DNA from: Frankiales bacterium
Lineage (GTDB): Bacteria > Actinomycetota > Actinomycetes > JAFAQI01
DNA: 64,000 nt
Reading direction: 5' to 3'
Assembly: GCA_025980465.1 (NCBI GenBank)
Contig: JAICXJ010000003.1
Coordinates: forward strand, 47,549 to 111,548
Shown: piece by piece, positions 19,940 to 31,512 of the stretch
How the letters are laid out: the number at the start of each line of letters is the position of its first letter
How positions within the stretch are numbered: the first letter of the stretch is position 1
The notes under the pieces: generated by a model
Seen by the model: the letters and a program-made list of their open reading frames with translations, nothing else
What the model was told of the DNA's origin: nothing
Databases searched by the model: none
Program-made: the position numbers and the translations under genes

Positions 19940-21379
19940 CTAGCCGAGCGCTGCCGCCAGTCGTTGCAATGTGCGCTCCCGCCCGAGCAGCTCGATGGAC
20001 TCGAACAACGGTGGCGAGACGGTCTTGCCGGTCACCGCAACCCGCACCGGACCGAAGGCATGCTTCGGCTTCAAGCCGAGTCCGTCGACCAGTGCGATGC
20101 GCAGCGCGGCCTCGATGTCCTCGGTGGAAAACGACTCCAAGGCGGCGACGGCCTGTTGCGCCGCGCGAAGGACCGGTTCGGCGTCGGGCCCGAGCTGCTT
20201 TTCGGCGGCCTGGGCATCGATCACGAACGCCTCGTCGCTCACCAGAAACGTCAACATCTCGGCGGCCTCACGCAGCGTCGAGACCCGCTCCTGGACCAGC
20301 GGCGCAGCGCGCGCGACGAGATCCGCTGCCGCACCCGTCACTTCCATGAACGTCGCGATCCGCACGCCGACCTCCGCCGCCGGCAGCTGGCGCAGGTAGT
20401 GGCCCGACAACCACCGCAGCTTGTCGACATCGAAGACCGGGCCGACCGGGTTCACCCTCCGCCAATCGAAGGACGCAACCATCTCCTCGAAGCTGAACAC
20501 CTCCTGCCCGTCCGGCAGCGAGTACCCCATCAGGCCGAGGAAGTTGCACAGCGCTTCGGGCAGGAAGCCCTCGTCGACGAACCAGGTCAGCCGCGCAGCC
20601 GGGTTCTTCCGTTTCGAGATCTTCGACTTGTCGGCGTTGCGCAGCAACGGCATGTGCGCGAACTCCGGCCGCTGCCAGCCGAGCCAGTCGTACAGCAGGA
20701 TGTGCTTCGGGGTGGAGGCGATCCACTCCTCACCTCGCACGACGTGGGTGATGCCCATCTCGTGGTCGTCGACCACGTTCGCGAGGTGGTAGGTGGGAAA
20801 TCCGTCGGTCTTCATCAAGACCTGGTCGTCGGGCCGGGGCGCGCTCAGCTCGCCGCGGATCAAATCGGTGAAACTCAACGCCACGTCATCCGGAATCAGC
20901 ATTCGCAGCACGGGCGTCTCGGCGAACCCGGGGAGCGCCGCCCGTTCGTCGCGAGATTTGCCCAGACACAACCGGTCGTAGCCGGTCGGCTGCTTCGCCT
21001 GCTGCTGTTCGGCGCGCATCTCGGCCAACCGCTCCGGCGTACACCAGCACTGATACGCCTTGCCCTCCGCCAGCAGCCGGTCGGCCACCGGGCGATAGGT
21101 CTCGAGCCGCTCGGACTGCCGGTACGGCGCGTAGGGCCCGCCGATGTCCGGCCCCTCGTCCCATTGCAGCCCGAGCCAGTGCAACGTGTCGTAGATCTGC
21201 TGCTCGCTGTCGGCCTGGAACCGCGCCCGGTCGGTGTCCTCGACGCGAAGAATGAACTGCCCGCCCTGCTGTCGGACGAACGCCAGGTTGAACAACGACA
21301 TGTACGCCGTGCCGACGTGCGGATCACCGGTTGGTGACGGCGCGACGCGCAGTCTGACCGGAGTCTGGCTCACCGTCAC
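19940..21379 (-). CDS. gltX: glutamate--tRNA ligase
   Basis: Class I HIGH region (PSPTGDPHVGTA) and KISKRK (KMSKS) motif. Confidence 0.9.
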   Translation of the reverse strand: MTVSQTPVRLRVAPSPTGDPHVGTAYMSLFNLAFVRQQGGQFILRVEDTDRARFQADSEQQIYDTLHWLGLQWDEGPDIGGPYAPYRQSERLETYRPVADRLLAEGKAYQCWCTPERLAEMRAEQQQAKQPTGYDRLCLGKSRDERAALPGFAETPVLRMLIPDDVALSFTDLIRGELSAPRPDDQVLMKTDGFPTYHLANVVDDHEMGITHVVRGEEWIASTPKHILLYDWLGWQRPEFAHMPLLRNADKSKISKRKNPAARLTWFVDEGFLPEALCNFLGLMGYSLPDGQEVFSFEEMVASFDWRRVNPVGPVFDVDKLRWLSGHYLRQLPAAEVGVRIATFMEVTGAAADLVARAAPLVQERVSTLREAAEMLTFLVSDEAFVIDAQAAEKQLGPDAEPVLRAAQQAVAALESFSTEDIEAALRIALVDGLGLKPKHAFGPVRVAVTGKTVSPPLFESIELLGRERTLQRLAAALG

Positions 21380-22134
21380 CTCGCGCCCACCGGATTGCTC
21401 AGCGTGCCGATCCCCTCGATCGTGACCTCCACGCGGTCACCGAAGTTCATCGGACCCACACCCTCCGGTGTACCGGTGAGGATGACGTCACCCGGCAGCA
21501 ACGTCATGCACGACGTGATGTAGGCGATAAGTGACGGAATCTTATGCACGATCATCGAGGTGCGGGAGTCCTGCTTCACCTCGCCGTTGAGCGTCGTTGT
21601 GATCGCGAGGTCGGAAGGGTCGAGGTCGGTCTCGATCCACGGTCCGAGTGGACAGAACGTGTCGTAGCCCTTGGCCCGAGACCACTGACCGTCTGCCTTT
21701 TGCTGATCACGGGCCGTCACGTCGTTCGCACACGTGTAGCCGAGCACCGCGTCCATTGCACGCTCTTCGGGCACGTCTCGGCACAGCCGGCTGATCACGA
21801 CCGCCAGCTCACCCTCGTAGTCGACCCGTTCCGACGACGCCGGAGCGGCGATCTCATCGCCGCTCGCGATCACCGCGGTCGAGGGCTTGAGGAAGATCAG
21901 CGGGCGATCCGGGACGTCACCGCCCATCTCCGCCGCGTGGTCGCGGTAGTTCTTGCCGATCGCGACGACCTTGCTGGGCAACACCGGCGCCAGCGGTTTC
22001 ACCGAAGCCAACGGCACCCGGCCGCCGGTGAACTCGATCGGACCGAAGGGGTGGGCACTGATCTGCGCAACCGTGTCGCCTTCCACCACCCCGAACGACA
22101 CGTCGCCGTCGTGGGAGAACCTCGCGATTCGCAC
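21376..22134 (-). CDS. fumarylacetoacetate hydrolase (FAH) family protein
   Basis: FAH-fold motifs (KNYRDHAAE, DYEGELAVV); 252 aa. Confidence 0.8.
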   Translation of the reverse strand: MRIARFSHDGDVSFGVVEGDTVAQISAHPFGPIEFTGGRVPLASVKPLAPVLPSKVVAIGKNYRDHAAEMGGDVPDRPLIFLKPSTAVIASGDEIAAPASSERVDYEGELAVVISRLCRDVPEERAMDAVLGYTCANDVTARDQQKADGQWSRAKGYDTFCPLGPWIETDLDPSDLAITTTLNGEVKQDSRTSMIVHKIPSLIAYITSCMTLLPGDVILTGTPEGVGPMNFGDRVEVTIEGIGTLSNPVGAR

Positions 22135-22172
22135 CCAGCGCAGCCTAATGAAGCCGCAGCCAGATCACGCGG

Positions 22173-23108
22173 CTACCAGATCCGGTCGAGCTCCTTCGCG
22201 TCCTCCGGCGAAGGCACCCATTGCCCGGCCGCGACATTCGCCGCCACCTGCTCCGGCGTGGTAGCGCCGGCGATCACCGACGTCACCGTCGGCTTCGCAG
22301 CCAGGCCCCCGATCGCCACATCGAGCAGCGACACCCCGCGCGCCTTGGCGTACGACGCCAACGCCTCGATCTTGTCGAACCGTTCGTCCGACAGCCACTC
22401 CGGGCGTACCGACGCGAGCCGGGTGCCCTCGGGCGCCGCCTGGCCGCGCTGGTACTTGCCGGTGAGCAGCCCGTTGGCGAGCGGGAAGAACGGCAGCAGC
22501 CCCAGCCCGAACCGCTCACACGCGGGCACGACTTCCATCTCCACGTCACGCTCGATCAGGCTGTAGTGGTTCTGAGCGCTGATGAAACGGGTGTTTCCCG
22601 TCGTACGCGCCGTCCAGTCGGCATCGGCGATCCGCCAACCGTTGAAGTTCGAGTGTCCGATGTAGCGGACCTTGCCCTCCTTGACCAGCTCGTCGAGGGC
22701 GGCCAGGGTCTCCTCGATCGGAGTCTTCGGATCGGGCGTGTGCATCTGGTAGAGGTCGATCCAGTCGGTGCGCAGCCGCCGCAGCGACGACTCGACCGCC
22801 TTGCGGATGTAACGGCGAGACCCCCGCGCGTCCCAGTCGGCGCCCAGCTTTCCGCCCATGTCGTTGCCGAACTTGGTGGCGAGTACGACGTCGGCGCGCG
22901 CCTCGCCGAGCGCCTCGCCGAGGAAGTCCTCGGAGTCGCCGTACGTATCAGCCGTGTCGAACAACGTGATGCCCGCGTCGAGCGCCGCCCGCACGACCTT
23001 GCGAGTGGCCTCGAGATCGATCCGCCGGCCGAAGTTGTTGCAGCCGAGCCCGACCACCGACACGGTCAGCCCCGACTCGCCGAGCCGCTGATACCTCATG
23101 TCCGCCAT
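22173..23108 (-). CDS. aldo/keto reductase
   Basis: AKR motifs (ITLFDTADTYG, IGHSNF); 311 aa. Confidence 0.85.
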   Translation of the reverse strand: MADMRYQRLGESGLTVSVVGLGCNNFGRRIDLEATRKVVRAALDAGITLFDTADTYGDSEDFLGEALGEARADVVLATKFGNDMGGKLGADWDARGSRRYIRKAVESSLRRLRTDWIDLYQMHTPDPKTPIEETLAALDELVKEGKVRYIGHSNFNGWRIADADWTARTTGNTRFISAQNHYSLIERDVEMEVVPACERFGLGLLPFFPLANGLLTGKYQRGQAAPEGTRLASVRPEWLSDERFDKIEALASYAKARGVSLLDVAIGGLAAKPTVTSVIAGATTPEQVAANVAAGQWVPSPEDAKELDRIW

Positions 23109-23138
23109 GGCCAGGAGCCTATGGCGCGCCGCCTCGCG

Positions 23139-24722
23139 TCAGCCGACCGACTTCAGCAGCCCGAAGGTGTATGAGTCGTCGAGAGCCTGCCACGACGCCT
23201 CGATGATGTTTTCGTCGACGCCGACGGTGTCCCACTCACGCTCGCCGTTGGAGGTGCGAACCAGCACGCGCGTAACGGCGCCGGTGCCATGGGCTCCTTC
23301 GAGGATGCGCACCTTGTAGTCGACCAGCTCGAGCTTCCCGAGCTCGGGGTAGTACCGGGTCAGTGCATGCCGAAGCGCCATGTCGAGCGCGTTGACCGGG
23401 CCGTTGCCCTCACCGGCCGCGACGAGCCGGTCCTCGCCGACGAGGATCTTCACCGTTGCATTGCAGGCCATCCCGCCGCGTGAGTCGCTGTCCGCGACCA
23501 CCTGGTAGGACTCGAGGACGAACGGCCGGTAGCGCTGGCCCTCGACCTCCTCCCGCAGCATCAGCTCGAACGACGCTTCAGCTGCCTCGAAGGTGTACCC
23601 GCCCGCCTCGAGGTACTTCACCTTCTCGATCACCCGTCCGACCGCCTCCCGGTCGACCTCGATATCGAGCTCACGGGCCTTCAGCTCGATGCTGGCTCGT
23701 CCGGCCAGCTCGGACACCAACACCCGCATGTCGTTGCCGACGATCGCGGGATCGGTGTGTTGATACAGGTCCGGGTCGACCTTGAGGGCCGAGGCGTGCA
23801 GTCCAGCCTTGTGGGCGAACGCACTGGCGCCGACCCACGGTTGGTGGTCGTCGGGCGCGATGTTGGCCAGCTCCGCGATGGCGTGGCTGACCCGGACCAG
23901 CTCTGAGATTGCCCCTTCGGGCAGTACCGGCAGATCAAGTTTGAGCTCCAGGCCGGCGACGATGGAGAACAGGTCGGCGTTGCCCGCCCGCTCCCCGTAG
24001 CCGTTCGCCGTGCCTTGCACATGGGTGGCACCTGCTTGCACGGCGGCGAGTGAGTTCGCGACGGCGCACGAGGTGTCGTCGTGGGCGTGGATCCCGACCC
24101 GGGTCCCGGTGTCGCCAAGCCTCTGAACCACGTCGTTCACGACGTCAGCAAGCCGGACCGGAAGCATCCCGCCGTTGGTGTCGCACAGCGCTACCACCTC
24201 GGCTCCCGCAGCCGCGGCTGCGGTCACCACAGCGAGGGCGTAATCGCGGTCGAGGAAGTAGCCGTCGAAGAAGTGCTCGGCGTCGAGGAACACCCGCCGA
24301 CCCTCGCCGCGCAGGAACTCGATCGTGTCCCGCACCATGGCGAGGTTCTCCTCGAGCGTCGTGCGCAGCGCGCGCTCGACGTGGCCGGTGTGCGATTTGG
24401 CGACCAGCGTGACGACCGGCGTCTGCGCGTCGACGAGGGCCCGAACCTGCGGATCGTCGGCCGCGACGACCCCCGCCTTGCGGGTGGCGCCGAACGCGGC
24501 GAGCGTCGCGTGCTGCAGCGAGAGATCCCCGGCCGCGGCGCGACGGAAGAACGCCTCGTCCTTCGGGTTCGCACCGGGCCAGCCGCCCTCGATATACCCC
24601 ACGCCCAGTGAGTCGAGATGCGACGCGACCGCGAGCTTGTCCTCGACCGACAGCGACAACCCCTCACGTTGTGAGCCGTCGCGCAACGTCGTGTCGTAGA
24701 CGTGCAGATCGGTGGTGGTCAC
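23139..24722 (-). CDS. cimA: citramalate-synthase-type enzyme (short LeuA/CimA family, 527 aa)
   Basis: HMG-CoA-lyase-like TIM barrel (YDTTLRDGSQ) plus C-terminal LeuA-dimer regulatory domain. Distinct from the long actinobacterial leuA at 27931-29649. The Ile-Ile leader peptide upstream suggests an isoleucine-pathway role. Confidence 0.7.
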   Translation of the reverse strand: MTTTDLHVYDTTLRDGSQREGLSLSVEDKLAVASHLDSLGVGYIEGGWPGANPKDEAFFRRAAAGDLSLQHATLAAFGATRKAGVVAADDPQVRALVDAQTPVVTLVAKSHTGHVERALRTTLEENLAMVRDTIEFLRGEGRRVFLDAEHFFDGYFLDRDYALAVVTAAAAAGAEVVALCDTNGGMLPVRLADVVNDVVQRLGDTGTRVGIHAHDDTSCAVANSLAAVQAGATHVQGTANGYGERAGNADLFSIVAGLELKLDLPVLPEGAISELVRVSHAIAELANIAPDDHQPWVGASAFAHKAGLHASALKVDPDLYQHTDPAIVGNDMRVLVSELAGRASIELKARELDIEVDREAVGRVIEKVKYLEAGGYTFEAAEASFELMLREEVEGQRYRPFVLESYQVVADSDSRGGMACNATVKILVGEDRLVAAGEGNGPVNALDMALRHALTRYYPELGKLELVDYKVRILEGAHGTGAVTRVLVRTSNGEREWDTVGVDENIIEASWQALDDSYTFGLLKSVG

Positions 24723-24762
24723 CGGTTGGTCCTCTCGTTTCGTCGAGCGCTGTCAGCCCACA

Positions 24763-24783
24763 AAAAAACCCCCGAGCCCGGGT
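24763..24783 (-). terminator. candidate attenuator terminator upstream of cimA (short GC stem followed by U7)
   Basis: Minus-strand RNA cccg-ggcu-cggg-gg-uuuuuuu, 40 nt upstream of the cimA GTG start. Confidence 0.4.
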
Positions 24784-24817
24784 AGGGCAACGAGGGTCGC
24801 GCGTCGGCTGTTGAGCG

Positions 24818-24856
24818 TTAGCCGACGCGCCTCGAAATAATGAGCTGCGCGTTCAT
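24818..24856 (-). CDS. candidate leader peptide MNAQLIISRRVG
   Basis: 12-codon ATG ORF with consecutive Leu-Ile-Ile. Its stop lies inside an 11-bp hairpin (gcgcgtcggct...agccgacgcgc), and a U7 terminator-like element follows. Confidence 0.45.
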   Translation of the reverse strand: MNAQLIISRRVG

Positions 24857-24903
24857 CACGACACAGTCTTCGGCAGGTTGCGGCAAAAGGTCAAGTCCGA
24901 AGG

Positions 24904-25320
24904 TCATTTTCCTGCCGCAACGGGCGCCGACTCGCCCGCCCAAGCGGCCACGATGTCGCGGACTGACAGCATCCCGACGACCTCAGCGCCCTCACACACG
25001 ACGAGGTGGCGGAAGCCGCCCGAGACCATCGCCGCAGCAGCCTGCTCCAGCGACCACTCCGGCGCAGCGACGACGATGTCGCTGGTGAGATGAGCCTGGA
25101 CCTGCTCAACGTCGACGTCTTGGCCCGCTCCCACTGCGGCCAGCACGTCGCGCTCGGTGAGGATGCCCGGCTGGTTGTGCTCGGGATTAAGTACGACGAC
25201 CGCGCCGACCCGGCGCTCAGCCATCCGCTTGGCGGCTTCCCGCAGCGTGTGCGTGGGGCCGATCGTCAACACCGTGCCCGACATCGCATCGCGCACGGAC
25301 CCACCCTCGCGGACGTTCAT
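24904..25320 (-). CDS. CBS domain-containing protein
   Basis: Tandem CBS pair pattern; start taken at MNVREGG. Confidence 0.7.
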   Translation of the reverse strand: MNVREGGSVRDAMSGTVLTIGPTHTLREAAKRMAERRVGAVVVLNPEHNQPGILTERDVLAAVGAGQDVDVEQVQAHLTSDIVVAAPEWSLEQAAAAMVSGGFRHLVVCEGAEVVGMLSVRDIVAAWAGESAPVAAGK

Positions 25321-25445
25321 GGCGCCTCCCGCCAACTCACGGCCAGCCAGTCCCGACGCCTGCGATCATGGCACTTTTCTCCGCCATTCAAACGTCTGAC
25401 CGAAGGCAGGTCGGCCCGACGCGCCGCCCAGTTATCGGTGGCGGG

Positions 25446-26525
25446 CTAGCACACGCGATGCATCCAGCCGTAGGGGTCCGGGCGGCGGCCATGCTGCAGA
25501 TCGACGAGCGCCGTCCGAAGCGCGGAGGCGACCGGAGTGTCGGCCGGCAGGGTGACCTCGCCGCCGCGCCATTTCAGCGTCCCGACCGAGGCGATGACCG
25601 CCGCCGTACCGCAGGCGAAGACCTCACTGATCTGTCCGCTGTCGACGCCTTTGCGAACGTCGTCGATGTCGATTCGCCGCTCCTCGACCTCGTGGCCGAG
25701 CTCCTTGGCAATCAGCACCATCGCATCGCGGGTGACGCCTTCGAGAATCGATCCGGTGAGCTCGGGAGTGATGAGCGTGCCGTCATCGCGGACCGCCCAC
25801 AGATTCATGCCGCCGAGCTCCTCGATCCAGCGCCGCTCGACCGCGTCGAGGAACAGCACCTGCTCGCAGCCGTTGTCGATACCTTCCTGCTGCGCGACCA
25901 GGCTCGCGGCATAGTTGCCGCCGCATTTGGCGGCGCCGGTGCCACCAGGTGCCGCGCGCGTGTAGTCCTCCGACACCCAGATCGACACCTGGCTCGAACC
26001 GGACGCGAAGTACGACCCGGCCGGCGACGCGATGACGAGGAAGGTCACCTCTTGAGCCGGGTGCACGCCCAGCCCGACCTCAGTGGCCACCATGAACGGC
26101 CGGAGATAGAGGCTGGCCTCGCCGGCTGACGGCACCCAGGCAGCGTCCTGGCGGATCAGCGCGTCCGACGCTGCGACGAAGTCGTCGACCGGAAGCTCGG
26201 GCAGCGACAGCCGTGCCGCCGAACGGTTGAACCGGGCCCCGTTCGCCTCGGGCCGGAACGTCGCGATCCCGCCGTCGGGTTGGCGGTAGGCCTTGAAGCC
26301 TTCGAAGATGGCCTGCCCGTAGTGAAAGATGTGGGTCGCCGGATCGAGCGACAGCGGGCCGTAGGGGCGTACCTGCGCGTCGTGCCAACCGTCCGGGTGG
26401 GTCCAGGTCGCGGTGAGCATGTGGTCGCTGAACACCCGGCCGAAGCCCGGCGCCGCCAGGATCTCGGCGAGCCGCTCGGGTGAGGTCGGGGTCGGCGTCG
26501 GCTCAACGCTGAACTCCATCGTCAC
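25446..26525 (-). CDS. ilvE: branched-chain amino acid aminotransferase
   Basis: Fold-type IV PLP enzyme, IlvE-like, about 360 aa; GTG start, with an ATG two codons downstream. Confidence 0.9.
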   Translation of the reverse strand: MTMEFSVEPTPTPTSPERLAEILAAPGFGRVFSDHMLTATWTHPDGWHDAQVRPYGPLSLDPATHIFHYGQAIFEGFKAYRQPDGGIATFRPEANGARFNRSAARLSLPELPVDDFVAASDALIRQDAAWVPSAGEASLYLRPFMVATEVGLGVHPAQEVTFLVIASPAGSYFASGSSQVSIWVSEDYTRAAPGGTGAAKCGGNYAASLVAQQEGIDNGCEQVLFLDAVERRWIEELGGMNLWAVRDDGTLITPELTGSILEGVTRDAMVLIAKELGHEVEERRIDIDDVRKGVDSGQISEVFACGTAAVIASVGTLKWRGGEVTLPADTPVASALRTALVDLQHGRRPDPYGWMHRVC

Positions 26526-26555
26526 GTGAACACCCTGCTCATATGAACACCCTGC
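26522..26555 (-). repeat. 17-bp tandem duplication of the ilvE SD-start module, creating a 6-codon uORF
   Basis: tgaacaccctgc appears twice (26527-26538 and 26544-26555). The minus strand reads agggtgttcatATGagcagggtgttcacGTGA, so the uORF stop TGA overlaps the ilvE GTG start. Confidence 0.5.
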
Positions 26556-26568
26556 CCATCACCCAAGG

Positions 26569-27642
26569 TTAAGCGAGCCGGGCGGCGATCGCATCTCCGA
26601 TCTCCGCCGTACGGCGCGGTGAGGTGCCGCGCTCAGCCAGGTCGGCGGCTGCGGCCGCCTCGACCCGCAACGACGCCTCGTGGAGCGAGAGCGCGTCGAG
26701 CAGCATCGCGGCCGACAACACGGTGGCGGTCGGATCAGCCACACCCTGGCCGGCAATATCGGGGGCGCTGCCGTGCACCGGCTCGAACATGCTCGGCGCG
26801 GTCCCGTCGACGTTGAGGTTGCCGCTCGCAGCCAGGCCGATGCCGCCGGCGATGGCCGCACCGAGGTCGGTGACGATGTCGCCGAAGAGGTTGTCAGTCA
26901 CCACCACGTCGAAACGCTGCGGCTGCGACACGAAGTACAGGCACGCGGCGTCGACGTGTGCGTAGTCGACGGTGACACCCGGGAAGTCCGGGTGGACCAG
27001 CTCGACGGTGCGCTGCCACAGCGAGCCGGCGTGTACCAGCACGTTGGTCTTGTGCACGAGCGTCAGGTGCTTGCGCGGTCGCGCCGCCGCGCGGGCGAAC
27101 GCGTCACGTACGACGCGCTCGACGCCGTACCGGGTGTTGATGCTCTCCTCGGTCGCGACCTCGTGCGAAGTGCCGGTGCGCATCGAGCCGCCGACACCGA
27201 CGTACGGGCCTTCGGTGCCCTCCCGGACGACGACCATGTCGACCTCGCCGGGCGAGACGCCCGCGAGCGGAGTGGCGACGCCGGGATACAGCTTGACCGG
27301 ACGCAGGTTGACCGCGTGCTCGAACGCGAACCTGAGCTTGAGCAGAAGGCCTCGCTCGAGCACCCCGGATGGCACGCTCGGATCGCCGACCGCGCCGAGC
27401 AGGATCGCGTCGTGGCCGCGCAGCTCCTCCAGCACGCTGTCCGGCAACGTCTCACCGGTGCGGTGCCAGCGCGCCGCGCCGAGGTCGTAGTCAGTGGTCT
27501 CGACCTTCACGCCGTCCGGCTCAACCGCAGCCCGCAGCACCTTCAGGCCCTCGGCGACGACCTCAGGCCCGATCCCGTCTCCCGCGATCACCGCGATTCG
27601 TGCACTGCTCACGGCGAGCGAGAGTAGTCGATCAGCCGACAT
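26569..27642 (-). CDS. leuB: 3-isopropylmalate dehydrogenase
   Basis: [15 protein letters not shown]-terminus and isocitrate/IPM dehydrogenase family motifs. Start set at the internal ATG (MSADRLL). Confidence 0.9.
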   Translation of the reverse strand: MSADRLLSLAVSSARIAVIAGDGIGPEVVAEGLKVLRAAVEPDGVKVETTDYDLGAARWHRTGETLPDSVLEELRGHDAILLGAVGDPSVPSGVLERGLLLKLRFAFEHAVNLRPVKLYPGVATPLAGVSPGEVDMVVVREGTEGPYVGVGGSMRTGTSHEVATEESINTRYGVERVVRDAFARAAARPRKHLTLVHKTNVLVHAGSLWQRTVELVHPDFPGVTVDYAHVDAACLYFVSQPQRFDVVVTDNLFGDIVTDLGAAIAGGIGLAASGNLNVDGTAPSMFEPVHGSAPDIAGQGVADPTATVLSAAMLLDALSLHEASLRVEAAAAADLAERGTSPRRTAEIGDAIAARLA

Positions 27643-27680
27643 CCGCTGGCCGAGCGCGGGGGCCGAAACGCGCGAGCGTG

Positions 27681-29652
<1,972 letters not shown>

Positions 29653-29772
29653 TCAGTTGAGGATCGGTGGCAAACCGGCGCGCTGCTTCTTCCCACAGCC
29701 GAACCCCGCAGCGGGGGGCCGGTCGGTGGCCCCGCTACGGGCGGGTAAGGAGCAGGCTCGAGCGCATCGTGA

Positions 29773-30618
29773 TCACGGTACCAAACTCGGCCGGAATCGG
29801 CGCGTGATCAGGTAGCCGACGCCGAGGATGACCAGCGCGACGGCGCCGTCGAGCCAGTAGTGGTTGGCCGTGACCACCACGACGTACGCCGTGATCAGTG
29901 GATGGAGGATCGCGACCCAGCGCCAGCGGCTCTTGCTGACAGCAATGACGGCGGCCGCGACGAGGACCGCCCACCCGATGTGCACCGACGGCATCGCCGA
30001 GAGCTGGTCGGTGATCCCCTTGCCAAGTGAGCCGTAGACCGACTGGTGGTAGCGGCCCGCGAGGTCGACCATGCCAAGACCGGGGACCAGTCGCGGCGGT
30101 GCGACCGGCAACAGCCCGACCAGCAACGAGATCCCGGTGAAGCCGGCAACCAGGTTGCGCCACTTCGGGTACGCCTCGCGATGGCGCCACAACAACCAGA
30201 GCAACACCAGGGCGAGTACGACGGCGTGGGCCCACTCGTAGTAGCCGTTCGCGATCCGCGACAACGTCGCGTGCGGCAGCACCGCCCGTTGCATCGCTGC
30301 CTCGCTCGGCAGGTGCAGCACGCGCTCGGCGTGCCAGATCCAGTGACCACGACCGAAGGCGCCCGCCTCGTGGAACAGCGACACCCGCCCGACGATGCGC
30401 CAGAGGACGAACAGCACGTTGAGGACGACGAATTCGCGAATCACCCAGCCCCCGCGGCCAAGGGTGCGCGTGGTGGTCTCGTGGTCGTCGACCGCCAGAC
30501 CTTCGCCGAATGCCCGGCCGCATTGGGTGCAGCTGTTCTCGGCCATGGGCACCCGCGCCCGGCACCCGACGCACACCCATTCCGGAGCAGGCGCCAGCGA
30601 CGCGGCCAGATCGGTCAC
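29773..30618 (-). CDS. PAP2-superfamily membrane protein with N-terminal zinc ribbon
   Basis: PSVH and TANHYWLDG (SRx5Hx3D-like) motifs, multiple TM helices, N-terminal CVGC...CTQC. Confidence 0.65.
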   Translation of the reverse strand: MTDLAASLAPAPEWVCVGCRARVPMAENSCTQCGRAFGEGLAVDDHETTTRTLGRGGWVIREFVVLNVLFVLWRIVGRVSLFHEAGAFGRGHWIWHAERVLHLPSEAAMQRAVLPHATLSRIANGYYEWAHAVVLALVLLWLLWRHREAYPKWRNLVAGFTGISLLVGLLPVAPPRLVPGLGMVDLAGRYHQSVYGSLGKGITDQLSAMPSVHIGWAVLVAAAVIAVSKSRWRWVAILHPLITAYVVVVTANHYWLDGAVALVILGVGYLITRRFRPSLVP

Positions 30619-30677
30619 CTAGCCGATATCGGCCACAGGGGTGATCGACTCAAGCCGCGCCGCCGCGATGGCCGAGC

Positions 30678-31436
30678 TCAGGTGCCGACGTACATCAGCG
30701 AGCCCGGGGTGGTCAGCAACTCGCCGGACTCGAGCCAGGTCTTCAGGCCGGAGAGGATCATCGGCCAGCCGCCCCAGATCTCATCCGTCCCACCCTCACG
30801 CAGCTGGTCGTGGGTGAGCACCAGCCGGCACGAGTCGCCCACCGGCTCAATCTCCCAGGTCACTCTCGACGTGGGCTCCACCTTCGCCGCCTCCGAGAAG
30901 TAGGCATCCATCGTGTGCACCAGCCGGCGGGGCGGGTCAACCTCGAGCACCTCGCACTCGCCGAGCACGAAACCGGCGCCGTGCGCGCTCAGTTGCAGCT
31001 TCGCGCCGACCTTCCACTCACCGACCGGCGCTGCCCCGAAGGTGTACTTCGCCCGTACCTCGGGATCGGTGATGGCGTTCCAGAGCGCGTCGGGCGTGGT
31101 CTTGATGTAGATCTCGAAGATCTTCTCCATTGTCGTCTCCAGTTCGTGCTTGAGGCCTGCCAGGCCCGCCACCCAGGGCTCGGCGTACTTGCTGACCCAC
31201 CGGTCGTGGATTTCCCGGATCGGGACGGGGTTGAGGAAGTGCAACTTCTCCCGGCCGCGGCGCCTGGGGATCACGAGGCCGGCCTCCTCGAGTTGCTTGA
31301 GGTGCTTCATCACGCCGAAGCGGGTCATCGGCACCCGTGCCTCGAGTGCGCTCAGCGTCTGCCCGTCCTCCCGGAACAGCTCGTCGAGCAGGCTGCGGCG
31401 GGTGGGATCCGCCAGCGCCTTGAACACCTCGTCCAC
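30678..31436 (-). CDS. ArsR-family HTH regulator fused to an SRPBCC (AHSA1-like) domain
   Basis: N-terminal ALADPTRRSLLDEL...MTRFGVMKHL wHTH; C-terminal polyketide-cyclase/AHSA1-like domain. Confidence 0.75.
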   Translation of the reverse strand: MDEVFKALADPTRRSLLDELFREDGQTLSALEARVPMTRFGVMKHLKQLEEAGLVIPRRRGREKLHFLNPVPIREIHDRWVSKYAEPWVAGLAGLKHELETTMEKIFEIYIKTTPDALWNAITDPEVRAKYTFGAAPVGEWKVGAKLQLSAHGAGFVLGECEVLEVDPPRRLVHTMDAYFSEAAKVEPTSRVTWEIEPVGDSCRLVLTHDQLREGGTDEIWGGWPMILSGLKTWLESGELLTTPGSLMYVGT

Positions 31437-31447
31437 GCCTGGAGACC

Positions 31448-31463
31448 ATAGGTGACCATTTAG
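31448..31463. promoter_or_regulatory. inverted repeat GTGAC-cattta-GTCAC upstream of the ArsR-family gene
   Basis: Located 12 nt upstream of the regulator start; ArsR-type proteins commonly autoregulate through such sites. Confidence 0.3.
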
Positions 31464-31512
31464 TCACATGTCAACCCGCATCTCCCTGCCCCGAGCAACA
31501 GATGCTGGACCC

